Below are positions 30,861-39,993 of a DNA stretch of 64,000 nt, one piece after another. The stretch is from positions 209,024 to 273,023 of the forward strand of contig CAIKRR010000014.1 of the NCBI GenBank assembly GCA_903829815.1. Reading direction: 5' to 3'. A model generated the notes under the pieces. That model was given only the letters and a program-made list of their open reading frames with translations, was not told the DNA's origin and ran no database searches. The position numbers and the translations under genes are program-made. The first letter of the stretch is position 1; each line of letters begins with the position of its first letter. Source of the stretch: an uncultured Pseudomonadota bacterium. GTDB taxonomy: Bacteria > Pseudomonadota > Gammaproteobacteria > Burkholderiales > SG8-39.

Positions 30861-30901
30861 TTGTTTCTGCGGATTCGTTTCTGCGGACTCGTCTCTGCAG
30901 A
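30861..30901. repeat. About 14-bp tandem repeat x3 in a divergent promoter region
   Basis: ttgtttctgcgga / ttcgtttctgcgga / ctcgtctctgcaga. It lies between the extradiol dioxygenase start (30824) and the Bcr-type MFS start (30944). Confidence 0.75.
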
Positions 30902-30943
30902 GTCGCCCCCGCCGGAATCGGCCATCAAACACAGGCGCCCCTC

Positions 30944-32143
30944 ATGCGCGAATCCGGTCGCATGCCCTGGTCGATGGTGGCGCTGCTTGCGGCGCTCAGC
31001 ACGATCTCGCCCTTTGCCACCGATACCTACGTGCCCGCACTGGCCGAGGTGGGCGCCGGGCTCGGTGCAACGCCGATCGAAGTGCAGCAGACGCTGTCAG
31101 CCTACATGCTGGGCCTGGGGCTGATGTCGCTCTGGCACGGCTCGATCTCCGACGCGCTGGGACGCCGTCCTGTCGTGCTCACCGCGCTCTCGATCTTTAC
31201 CCTGGCATCGCTGGGCTGCGCGCTGGCCTCCAACGTCCATGTGCTGATCGCGCTGCGCCTGGCACAGGGCCTGTCGGGCGGTGCGGGCATGGTGATCGTG
31301 CGTGCCGTGGTGCGCGATACGGTCGAGGGGCCGGCGGCGCAGCGCCTGATGAGCCGGGTCATGCTCATGTTCGGTATCGCCCCGGCCATCGCGCCGGTGA
31401 TGGGCGGCTACCTGCACCAGTGGTTTGGCTGGCGCTCGATCTTCTGGTTCCTCTTCGCCTTCGGGGCGACACTCACGACATGGACGGCACTGCGACTGCC
31501 CGAGAGCCTGCTGCCGGAGCAACGCCGCTCGCTCCATCCGGTGGCGATGGCTCGCAGCTTCTGGGAGATATTCAACTCCGGACGTTTTCTCTTTCTGGCC
31601 TTCACCACCGGTTTCAGCTTTCAGGTCTTCATGCAGTACATCGGTGCGTCCACCGCCTTCCTGCACGAGCAGTTGGGCCTGTCGGAGACGCAGTACGGCT
31701 GGTTCTTCCTGCCGATCACGGTGGGCTATGTCGGCGGATCGATGGCAGCAGGACATCTGGCTGGACGTCTGCCGGCACGCCGCACCGCGTGGCTCGCGCT
31801 GATGCTGATGCTGGCCGCGGGCCTTTGCAGCGTAGCCTGGCACCTGGGCAACCAGCCCGGGGTCTTCGTGAGCATTGCCCCGATTGTCGTGGCGACCTTT
31901 GGTCTGGCACTGCTCGCACCGGCCACCCAGTTGCTGGTGCTCGATCTCTTCCCCGATCGACTCGGAACGGCCTCCTCATGCCTCATCTTCGTGCAGATCA
32001 TGATCGGCACGCTCGATCTGGCGGTGGTGTCGATCGCGGTGTCGGCGAGCCCGCTCACGCTCTCTCTGGCAATGGTGGGATGGGTCGTGGCAGCGATCTG
32101 CAGCTGGCAGGGCTACCGCCATCTGCGCCGCAAGCTCGGCTGA
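30944..32143 (+). CDS. MFS transporter, Bcr/CflA drug-resistance subfamily
   Basis: 12-TM MFS with the Bcr/CflA-type N-terminus ISPFATDTYVPALAEV and GRRPVV motif A. Confidence 0.85.
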   Translation: MRESGRMPWSMVALLAALSTISPFATDTYVPALAEVGAGLGATPIEVQQTLSAYMLGLGLMSLWHGSISDALGRRPVVLTALSIFTLASLGCALASNVHVLIALRLAQGLSGGAGMVIVRAVVRDTVEGPAAQRLMSRVMLMFGIAPAIAPVMGGYLHQWFGWRSIFWFLFAFGATLTTWTALRLPESLLPEQRRSLHPVAMARSFWEIFNSGRFLFLAFTTGFSFQVFMQYIGASTAFLHEQLGLSETQYGWFFLPITVGYVGGSMAAGHLAGRLPARRTAWLALMLMLAAGLCSVAWHLGNQPGVFVSIAPIVVATFGLALLAPATQLLVLDLFPDRLGTASSCLIFVQIMIGTLDLAVVSIAVSASPLTLSLAMVGWVVAAICSWQGYRHLRRKLG

Positions 32144-32233
32144 GGCCGGATGCGTCAGAACCGCGACTGTGCTTATACTTTGGACCGGTCGACCAGACAA
32201 TCGACCGGCAACGCGACCCATGGGACTACGTGC

Positions 32234-33346
32234 ATGAACAAAAGCCATTCATTCTGGCAAGTAGGCCGCTGCGGCTGCCTGCCGCAGCGACGCGCATTCC
32301 TGGGCCGCGCGGCAACAGGCGCTGCCACCCTCGCGGCCCCGGGTGCCATGAGCGCTCTGATGGCTGGCTCGGGCGAGGCGCTGGCAGCAGCCCCCCCAGG
32401 CAGTGCGGCAGGACGAGCCTGGCATATCGACATCCACCATCACCTGCTGCCACCTGACTACATCGCGGCGTCGGCAGCCGCTCGCACCGGCGAGCGCGCT
32501 CCGGCATGGACCATCGAGCGTTCGCTCGAAGACATGGACCGCAACCGGATCCGCACCGCACTGGTCTCGCTGACCCAGCCCGGCGTATGGATCGGCGAGG
32601 CGGCAAAGCCGCGCGTCCTGGCGCGCGCTGCCAACGAATTTGCTGCCCGCATGACCCAGGACTACCGCGGACGCTTCGGCAGCTTTGCAGCGATTCCGCT
32701 GCCTGACATTGAAGGCAGCCTGCGCGAGATCGAGTACGCCTTCGATACCCTGCATGCCGATGGCATCGGCCTCATGACGAGCTACGGCGAGAAATGGCTG
32801 GGCGACCCGGCCTTCTGGCCGGTGATGGAGGAGTTGAACCGCCGGCGTGCCGTGATCTACACCCACCCGCTGGGCAACGACTGCTGCCGGAACATTCAGC
32901 CCGAGTTCTCGGCATCGACGATCGAATACGCCACCGACACCACCCGCACCATCGGCAGCCTGCTCTTCCAGGGCACCGCGGCACGCTTTCCCGACATCCG
33001 CTGGATCTTCTCCCATGGCGGGGGCACGATGCCCTTCCTCCTCTCGCGCTTCGAACGGGTCGAGGCTACGATGAAGGAACGACAGGCACGACTGCCGCGC
33101 GGCCTGATGCACGAACTGCGCAAGTTCCACTACGATACCGCGCAGGCCAATCACCCCGGCGCGCTCGATGCGTTGCTGCGCATCGTGCCGGTATCGCAAG
33201 TGCTCTTTGGCACCGACTTTCCGTTCAGGCCGGGCGAAGAAGAGGTCTCGGCGCTGGCGGCGCGCGGCTTCTCGAACGCCGACCTGATGGCCATCGGCGC
33301 CGGCAATGCACTACGACTGATGCCGCAGCTTGCACGAGGCAGTTGA
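32234..33346 (+). CDS. Amidohydrolase_2 (ACMSD-type decarboxylase/hydrolase) family protein with Tat signal peptide
   Basis: A twin-arginine leader (QRRAFLGRAATGAATLAAPGA...ALAAAP) precedes the metal motif IDIHHHL and the C-terminal FGTDFPF. Confidence 0.8.
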   Translation: MNKSHSFWQVGRCGCLPQRRAFLGRAATGAATLAAPGAMSALMAGSGEALAAAPPGSAAGRAWHIDIHHHLLPPDYIAASAAARTGERAPAWTIERSLEDMDRNRIRTALVSLTQPGVWIGEAAKPRVLARAANEFAARMTQDYRGRFGSFAAIPLPDIEGSLREIEYAFDTLHADGIGLMTSYGEKWLGDPAFWPVMEELNRRRAVIYTHPLGNDCCRNIQPEFSASTIEYATDTTRTIGSLLFQGTAARFPDIRWIFSHGGGTMPFLLSRFERVEATMKERQARLPRGLMHELRKFHYDTAQANHPGALDALLRIVPVSQVLFGTDFPFRPGEEEVSALAARGFSNADLMAIGAGNALRLMPQLARGS

Positions 33347-33373
33347 ACGAGGCAGTTGAACGAGGCGGTTGAA
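33335..33373. repeat. 13-bp tandem repeat x3 spanning the amidohydrolase stop codon
   Basis: cgaggcagttgaa / cgaggcagttgaa / cgaggcggttgaa. The TGA at 33344..33346 is in the first unit. Confidence 0.9.
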
Positions 33374-33443
33374 ACCAGAGACGACGTGCCTGACGATGAC
33401 CGCAAACGGTCACCTACAACAAGACACCCCGAGGAGACACACC

Positions 33444-34727
33444 ATGGTTGCAAGCTGGAAGAACTGCCGGTTGCGGACACCCCGCGCCGTGACATGGATC
33501 GCCAGTGCCCTCACGGCACTGGCCCTGGTTGCCATCGGACCAGCCATGGCCCAGGCCCCCTTGAAGATCGGCTTCGGGATGTCGCTCACCGGACCACTGG
33601 CTGCGATGGGCAAGGCCTCGGTCATCTCGATGCAGATCTGGGCCGAGGACGTGAATGCCCGCGGTGGCCTGCTCGGCCGCAAGGTCGAACTGGTCTACTA
33701 CGATGACCAGACCAACCCTGCCACGGTGCCCGGCATCTACAGCAAGCTGCTGGATGTGGACCGCGTCGATCTCGTGGTCTCCGGCTACGGAACCGCGGTC
33801 GTCGCCCCGGCAATGCCTTTCGTGATGCAGCGTAACCTGCTCTTCGTGTCGCTGTTCGGGCTCAACGTGAACGAGAAGTTTGGCTACGACCGATACTTCT
33901 CGATGATGCCTGCAGGCCCCGAGCCCGCCATGGGCTGGACCGCCGGCTACTTCGATGCCGCCGCCTCCCTCACCCCCAAGCCACAGACCATCGCGCTGGC
34001 TGGTGCCGATGCCGAATACCCGCACAACGCACTCGAGGCGGCGCGCGCGCACGCCAAACGGCTCGGACTTCGCATCGTCTATGACAAGACCTATCCGATG
34101 TCGACCTCCGACTACGCGCCGGTGCTGCGCTCGATGGCTGCCTCCAATCCCGATCTGGTCTTCGTGGCGACCTACCCGAACGACACCGTGGGCATGATTC
34201 GCGCTGCCAACGAGGTAGGCCTCAAAGCCCGCATGTTCGGTGGCGCGATGGTGGGCACCCAGTACCTGTCGATCAAGACCCAGCTCGGTCCGCTGCTCAA
34301 TGGCGTGGTGAGTCTAGAAACCTTCGTACCCGAAATCAGCGCCAAACTCCCGACCATCGATGCGTTCCTGAAGAAGTACCAGGCGCGTGCCGCCAAGGAA
34401 GGGGTCGATCCGCTGGGCTACTACCTGCCCCCGTTTGCCTACGCCGAGATGCAGGTGCTCGAACAGGCCGTGCGTGCCGTGGGCAACCTCGACCAGGGCA
34501 AGCTCGCCGAGTACATGCACAAGGCCACGTTCGACACGGTGGCCGGGCAGTTCAGCTTCGGCAAGAACGGCGAGTGGATGAAGAACCACATCCTCTACGT
34601 ACAGTACGGTGGCATCACCTCCAACGACCTGCAGGAATGGGTGAAGCCGGGTCGTCACACCGTGCTCTATCCGCCCGAGTACAAGATCGGCCCGGTGCGC
34701 ACGCCGTTCGAGACCAATCGCAAGTAA
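33444..34727 (+). CDS. Periplasmic ABC-type substrate-binding protein, LivK/Peripla_BP_6 family
   Basis: SD GAGGAG (33431..33436). Signal peptide ends AMAQA, then PLKIGFGMSLTGPLA...GGLLGRKVELVYYDDQ. No permease or ATPase gene is adjacent. Confidence 0.8.
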   Translation: MVASWKNCRLRTPRAVTWIASALTALALVAIGPAMAQAPLKIGFGMSLTGPLAAMGKASVISMQIWAEDVNARGGLLGRKVELVYYDDQTNPATVPGIYSKLLDVDRVDLVVSGYGTAVVAPAMPFVMQRNLLFVSLFGLNVNEKFGYDRYFSMMPAGPEPAMGWTAGYFDAAASLTPKPQTIALAGADAEYPHNALEAARAHAKRLGLRIVYDKTYPMSTSDYAPVLRSMAASNPDLVFVATYPNDTVGMIRAANEVGLKARMFGGAMVGTQYLSIKTQLGPLLNGVVSLETFVPEISAKLPTIDAFLKKYQARAAKEGVDPLGYYLPPFAYAEMQVLEQAVRAVGNLDQGKLAEYMHKATFDTVAGQFSFGKNGEWMKNHILYVQYGGITSNDLQEWVKPGRHTVLYPPEYKIGPVRTPFETNRK

Positions 34728-34753
34728 CGCTGGCCAGCGGCGAGGATGACATC

Positions 34754-35728
34754 ATGAATGATCGGCATGCACCTGACCTCGCCGCAGCCACCAGCCTCGA
34801 TGAGCTCTACCCGGCGCTGGCTGCACGCTGCCTGACCGCCGGCTGGCACAAGGCAAGGCCATCGCTGTGGCCATCGCCGCGCGGCGCCTTCCATCCGCGC
34901 CACTGGCGCTACAGCGAGGCGCGCCTGGCGATGGATCTTGCCGGTGAATGGATCGGCACCGAACTGGCCGAGCGGCGCAACCTGCTCACCTTCAATCCGG
35001 TGGGCGACAACGACTACGCCACAGCACGCACGCTGGTGTCTGCCTACCAGATGATCAAGCCCGATGAGCACGCACGGGCACACCGGCATACGCCCAATGC
35101 GCTGCGGGTGGTGCTCGACGCAGGCCCGGGCCTCTACACCGTGGTTGATGGCGCTCGACTCCCGATGTGCCGGGGCGACGTGCTGCTCACGCCCAACTGG
35201 ACCTGGCACAGCCACTACAACGAAGGGCCCGATCGCGCCTACTGGATCGACATGCTCGATGTACCCCTGGTACACCTGCTCGAGCCGATGTTCTTCGAGC
35301 CGCATCCGGACGAATACCAGCCCACGACCAGTACGCCTGAGGTCTCGCCCTACCGTTTTACGCAAGCCGAGGCCGAAGCGCGCCTCGCCCTGTTGCCACC
35401 ACGCGCCGATGGCAGCCGCACGCTCGTGCTCGACAGTCAGACCCACATGCCCACCATGGAGCTGTCCTTCTCGAGCCTGTGCGCCGGTGGCGCGCTGGCC
35501 CTCCCGCGCAGCACCGTGAATCGCATCTTCGCGGTGTCCGAAGGCGAGGGCCGGGCGCAGATCGGAGAGCTTTCTTTCGAGTGGGCACGCGGTGATCTCT
35601 TCGTCGTCCCCTCATGGACGGCTTGCCGGATCGAGGCCCGAGGGGCTACCCTCCTTTTCCAGGCGAGTGACGAGCCGGTGCTGCGGGCACTGGGCTTTCA
35701 CCGCGAAGAGTCCGCAGCCAACACCTGA
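34754..35728 (+). CDS. Gentisate 1,2-dioxygenase-like bicupin
   Basis: Contains the cupin motif HRHTPNALRVVLDAG and the GDO-like stretch GDVLLTPNWTWHSHYNEG. At 324 aa it is shorter than typical GDOs. Confidence 0.78.
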   Translation: MNDRHAPDLAAATSLDELYPALAARCLTAGWHKARPSLWPSPRGAFHPRHWRYSEARLAMDLAGEWIGTELAERRNLLTFNPVGDNDYATARTLVSAYQMIKPDEHARAHRHTPNALRVVLDAGPGLYTVVDGARLPMCRGDVLLTPNWTWHSHYNEGPDRAYWIDMLDVPLVHLLEPMFFEPHPDEYQPTTSTPEVSPYRFTQAEAEARLALLPPRADGSRTLVLDSQTHMPTMELSFSSLCAGGALALPRSTVNRIFAVSEGEGRAQIGELSFEWARGDLFVVPSWTACRIEARGATLLFQASDEPVLRALGFHREESAANT

Positions 35729-35829
35729 CCCCCGCAGTCTGTCGGGGTACAGGGGCGCAAGGCGCACGGATCCTCCCCGTCAGCCGGCTGTCCCAGTCAC
35801 CTCCCGCTTCATCCACGGAGTATTGCCTC

Positions 35830-36756
35830 ATGAGCTTGCGCATCGCCATTCCCGACATGGTCTCACCGTCCTACTTTCCGATCATCGCCGCAGTCGAACT
35901 GGGGTTCATGCGCAAGGAAGGGCTCGACGCCACCATCGAACTGATCTTCCCGGTGACCCGCACCTACGAACAACTGCGCGATGGGGTCGTCGACTATGTC
36001 GGTGGCTCGGCCCATGCGCCGCTCTATGCCTTCAGGAACTGGGAGGGCTGCCGCCTGATCGGCGCACTCGCCCAGAAGATGTACTGGTTCCTGGTGATGC
36101 GCAGCGACATGAAGATCGAGCGCGGCGACCTCTCGTGCGTGCGCGGGCTGCGCATCGGCGCGGCGCCAGGCCCGGTTGATGGCCTCAAGCGCATGCTTGC
36201 CCTGGCGGGCATCGATCCGCAGAAAGATGTCACCATCGGCCCGGTGCCCGGTGATGCAGGCGCTGGCGTGTCGTTTGGTGTCGCTGCCGCCAAGGCCCTG
36301 GGCGATGGCAAGATCGACGGCTTCTGGGCCAACGGCATGGGCGCCGAAGTCGCGGTGCGTCAGGGCGTAGGCACCCGAGTGCTCGACGCACGGCGTGGCG
36401 AAGGTCCGGCCGGTGCGGTCGACTTCACCTTCCCGGGCCTCGTGACCACAACGACCCGGCTCGAGCGTGATCCGGCCGAGGTGGCTGCCGTCGTGCGCGC
36501 TCTGGTGGCAACCCAAAAGGCACTCAAGGCCAACCCCGACATCGCCACCGAAGCGGCAGCGCGGGTCTTCCCGGCCTACGAGACCTCGATCATCGCCGAA
36601 TTGATCCGTCGCGACGCGCCCTTCTACGACGCGGCCATTTCACGCGAATCGGTCGATGCGATGAATGCGTTTGCGCGCGACATGGGACTGCTGAGCGGTC
36701 CGTCGAGCTACGAGCAGGTGGTTGCAAGCTCGATGGCCCCTGTCTGGAACGCCTGA
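35830..36756 (+). CDS. NMT1/THI5-like (NitT/TauT SBP-fold) protein lacking a signal peptide
   Basis: Begins MSLRIAIPDMVSPSYFPIIAAVELGF directly, with no signal peptide. The fold signature matches aliphatic-sulfonate/nitrate-type binding proteins. Confidence 0.7.
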   Translation: MSLRIAIPDMVSPSYFPIIAAVELGFMRKEGLDATIELIFPVTRTYEQLRDGVVDYVGGSAHAPLYAFRNWEGCRLIGALAQKMYWFLVMRSDMKIERGDLSCVRGLRIGAAPGPVDGLKRMLALAGIDPQKDVTIGPVPGDAGAGVSFGVAAAKALGDGKIDGFWANGMGAEVAVRQGVGTRVLDARRGEGPAGAVDFTFPGLVTTTTRLERDPAEVAAVVRALVATQKALKANPDIATEAAARVFPAYETSIIAELIRRDAPFYDAAISRESVDAMNAFARDMGLLSGPSSYEQVVASSMAPVWNA

Positions 36757-36799
36757 CAAGACTGCCGGAGGTGGCGTCACGACGCCCCCTCCGGGTGCC

Positions 36800-37567
36800 T
36801 CAGCCGCGTCCGATGAAGGGCATCTGGGTTGCCATGATGGTCATGAACTGCACGTTGGCCTCGAGCGGCAACCCACCCATGAACACCACGGCGCGCGCGA
36901 CGTCCTCGACGTCCATGCGCGGTTCCACCGCCAGCTGACCGTTGGCCTGCAAGATGCCCTCGGCCATGCGCGTGGTCATCTCGGTCTGTGCGTTGCCGAT
37001 ATCGATCTGACCGCAAGCGATGCCGTATTTGCGGCCATCGAGCGAAGTCGATTTGGTCAGGCCGGTGATGGCGTGCTTGGTCGAGGTGTAGGCGGCCGAA
37101 TTCGGGCGCGGTGTGTGGGCCGATATCGATCCGTTGTTGACGATGCGCCCGCCGCGCGGCTGCTGCGCCTTCATCACGCGAAAGGCCGCCTGGGTGCACA
37201 GGAACGCCCCGGTGAGATTGGTGTCGACCACCCGCTTCCAGTCCTCGAAGGGCAAGTCCTCCAGAGGCATCATCGGGCCTGAACCGCCTGCGTTGTTGAA
37301 GAGCAGGTCGAGCCGCCCCCAGGCTGCAACCACCTGCGCAAACACCCCAGCCACCGAAGCGGGGTCGGCAACATCGGCTGCCAGCACCATGGCGCTGCCG
37401 AGGGCGATTTCATTGGCTGCAGACTCCACCAGACGCAACGGTGCATCGCGCCGCCCGACCAGCGCCACGCGATAGCCTTCGCGCACCAGCGCCAGGGCAC
37501 TGGCACGACCGATACCCGACCCGGCGCCAGTTACCAGCGCCACACGACTTTGATTGGCCATGCTCAA
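36800..37567 (-). CDS. SDR family oxidoreductase
   Basis: Contains [13 protein letters not shown] and YTSTK (YxxxK). 4-nt overlap with the upstream gene. Confidence 0.85.
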   Translation of the reverse strand: MSMANQSRVALVTGAGSGIGRASALALVREGYRVALVGRRDAPLRLVESAANEIALGSAMVLAADVADPASVAGVFAQVVAAWGRLDLLFNNAGGSGPMMPLEDLPFEDWKRVVDTNLTGAFLCTQAAFRVMKAQQPRGGRIVNNGSISAHTPRPNSAAYTSTKHAITGLTKSTSLDGRKYGIACGQIDIGNAQTEMTTRMAEGILQANGQLAVEPRMDVEDVARAVVFMGGLPLEANVQFMTIMATQMPFIGRG

Positions 37568-38964
37568 ATCATCTCCGGTCCGAGGGCAATGTGTCCCGCC
37601 GCTGCGTAAGCGTCGACATTGTGCTCGATCTGCTCAGGGATGTAGCGGTAGTTGACCATCATGCCGTAGGACTGATTGAAACCATTGACCGAGATGTCGG
37701 CTGCCCAGTTCACGTGCTCGACACGTGCGCCATTGGCCAGATGAAACCTCGCCACCGGGTCATAGGGATAGAGCCCCTGCTTCACCTCGCTGATGTAGTG
37801 GGCACACAGTGCCTGCATCGGCGCCTGCAGCCGTTCGGCCACCTCGGGACGCTCGGTCCAGCGGGTGCGCTGGAGCGCTCGCTGCAGCGGGCAGGCCGGC
37901 GCCTTGACATCGAGCAACTGCGCCAGGGGCTCGAGCAGGCACGGGTCGATCGGCAAGGTACCAGCCACAAACTGGCGATCGAGCCACTTGCGAAAGAGTG
38001 GCAGTGGCGAGAGCGTGCTGAATACCTCGAGCCGGGGGAAATCACGGTGCAGCGCCTCGACCACGCGCTTGATGAGAAAGTTGCCCAGCGAGATGCCACG
38101 CAAGCCGGGCTGAGTATTGGAAATCGAATAGAAGATGGCGGCGCTTGCCGTGCCCGGATCGAGCAAGGGCGCCGCCTCATCGAGCAGGGGTTGCACCGCC
38201 TGTGACAACTCGGCAGTGAGCGCCACCTCGACGAAGATGAGGGGCTCACGCGGCATGCGCGGATGGAAAAAGCCATAGCAGCGTCGGTCGGAGTCGAGCC
38301 GGTTCTTCAGATCGGTCCAGGAGCGGATCTGGTGCACGGCCTCGTAGTCGATCAGCTTCTCGAGAAGCGCGGCCGGTGAGTCCCAGGTGATGCGCTGCAG
38401 ATCGAGAAACCCGACATCGAACCAGCTTGCCAGGCGTGCCTGCAACTCCTGATCGAGCACGGCAAGCCCCGGCAGATCGGCCAGTCGCGACAGCACATCG
38501 GCGCGCAGATCGAGCAGAAACTTCAGACCATCGGGCATGTCGTTGAACTGCCTGATCAGTCGCGATCGGGGCGAACGCACGGCCAGGCGCAGCGCACTCT
38601 CGGCATCCCATTGCGCGTCGGATCCCAAGGCACGCGTATAGGCCGCATGAGCCCGCGCAACAACCTTCGGATCAGGTCCCAGGGAATAGGCAAGAAGCTG
38701 CATGAAATGGGTGCGCTCGTCAGCCGGCATCTGCCGATAGCGCTCACCGACCGCCGAGGCCCGTGTCCTGGCAGACACCGGGCCACCGGCCTCGCGCGCG
38801 CATTCGCGCAATTGCTCGAGCATCGGATCAGCCTCTGGAGCAATCGGGCTTCCCGCAGCCTGGGCGATCACCGCCCGCGCAGCATCCACGGCACTGTCGA
38901 CGCCACTGACGCCCTCCAAACCCGCCTCGCCGATCGTCCTCAAGGTGCCCAGACTCGCATCCAT
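37564..38964 (-). CDS. Malonyl-CoA decarboxylase
   Basis: Contains the family stretch [37 protein letters not shown], and C-terminal [11 protein letters not shown] chose the ATG at 38964. Confidence 0.85.
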   Translation of the reverse strand: MDASLGTLRTIGEAGLEGVSGVDSAVDAARAVIAQAAGSPIAPEADPMLEQLRECAREAGGPVSARTRASAVGERYRQMPADERTHFMQLLAYSLGPDPKVVARAHAAYTRALGSDAQWDAESALRLAVRSPRSRLIRQFNDMPDGLKFLLDLRADVLSRLADLPGLAVLDQELQARLASWFDVGFLDLQRITWDSPAALLEKLIDYEAVHQIRSWTDLKNRLDSDRRCYGFFHPRMPREPLIFVEVALTAELSQAVQPLLDEAAPLLDPGTASAAIFYSISNTQPGLRGISLGNFLIKRVVEALHRDFPRLEVFSTLSPLPLFRKWLDRQFVAGTLPIDPCLLEPLAQLLDVKAPACPLQRALQRTRWTERPEVAERLQAPMQALCAHYISEVKQGLYPYDPVARFHLANGARVEHVNWAADISVNGFNQSYGMMVNYRYIPEQIEHNVDAYAAAGHIALGPEMI

Positions 38965-39201
38965 CGCCCCACCCTTGGCCACACACTGCACAAGATCCGA
39001 TGCGCATCCCGCTGCGCCCCCGTCCCGGCGAGCACCCGCACCCAGCCGCCGGTACACGCCCCCGAATCACTATATCAACGTCCCGGAAGGACACCCGCCA
39101 GCGTCGGCCGAAGACCCTTGCCGCAAAACAACAAAAGTCTCACTGGGTGGCAGCTTGGCCCATAATCGGCAGAATCCTGACCACGCCCCCGCCGAGTTGC
39201 C

Positions 39202-39993
39202 ATGTCCCAGAGCGCCAGCGAAACGCCCCTCTCCGACGATCGTACCCCGATTCTCACCATCAGCGGGCACACGGCGACACTGCAGTTCTGTCGTCCCAGC
39301 CAGCACAACCGAATCGACCCCGACGATCTGGGTGTCCTCATGGCCGCCTTCGATACCATCGACCGCACGACCGACCTGCGAGTGCTGATGGTCACCGGCA
39401 CCGGCAGCAAGACCTTCAGCTCCGGTTACACGCTCCAGGCGGTGCACACGCTGGCAGCCGACGGCATCACCTTTGGCATGGTGGTCGATCGGCTTGAAGA
39501 CCTGTCGATACCGACCGTGTGTGCGTTGAATGGCAGCGTCTACGGCGGCGCCACCGACATCGCGCTGGCCTGCGACTTTCGCATCGGCGTCACCGGTTCA
39601 CGGCTGGTGATGCCGGCCACACGCATCGGCCTGCACTACTACCCGGGCGGCATGCGCCGCTATGTCGAGCGCCTGGGCGCTGACACTGCCAGACGATTGT
39701 TCCTGCTCGGACAACCGGTGGCGGCCGACATGCTGGAACGCCTGGGCTATCTGCACGAACTGGTCGCGCCTGAACATCTGGCAGAACGGGTCGAGGCGGT
39801 GATGCAGCAACTGGCGGCTGGCGCACCAACCGTGATGCGCAGCATGAAGCGGCACATCAACGCGATTGGCCGCGGCATCTACGATGAAGCGGCGATCCAG
39901 GAGGCGTACCTGCGCAGCATGCGATCGGACGACCTCCAGGAAGGTCTTGCAGCCCTGAAGGAAAAGCGACCGCCGCGGTTCACTGGCCAGTAG
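39202..39993 (+). CDS. Enoyl-CoA hydratase/isomerase (crotonase) family protein
   Basis: Crotonase fold: LMVTGTGSKTFSSGY and CALNGSVYGGATDIALACDFRI. Confidence 0.85.
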   Translation: MSQSASETPLSDDRTPILTISGHTATLQFCRPSQHNRIDPDDLGVLMAAFDTIDRTTDLRVLMVTGTGSKTFSSGYTLQAVHTLAADGITFGMVVDRLEDLSIPTVCALNGSVYGGATDIALACDFRIGVTGSRLVMPATRIGLHYYPGGMRRYVERLGADTARRLFLLGQPVAADMLERLGYLHELVAPEHLAERVEAVMQQLAAGAPTVMRSMKRHINAIGRGIYDEAAIQEAYLRSMRSDDLQEGLAALKEKRPPRFTGQ

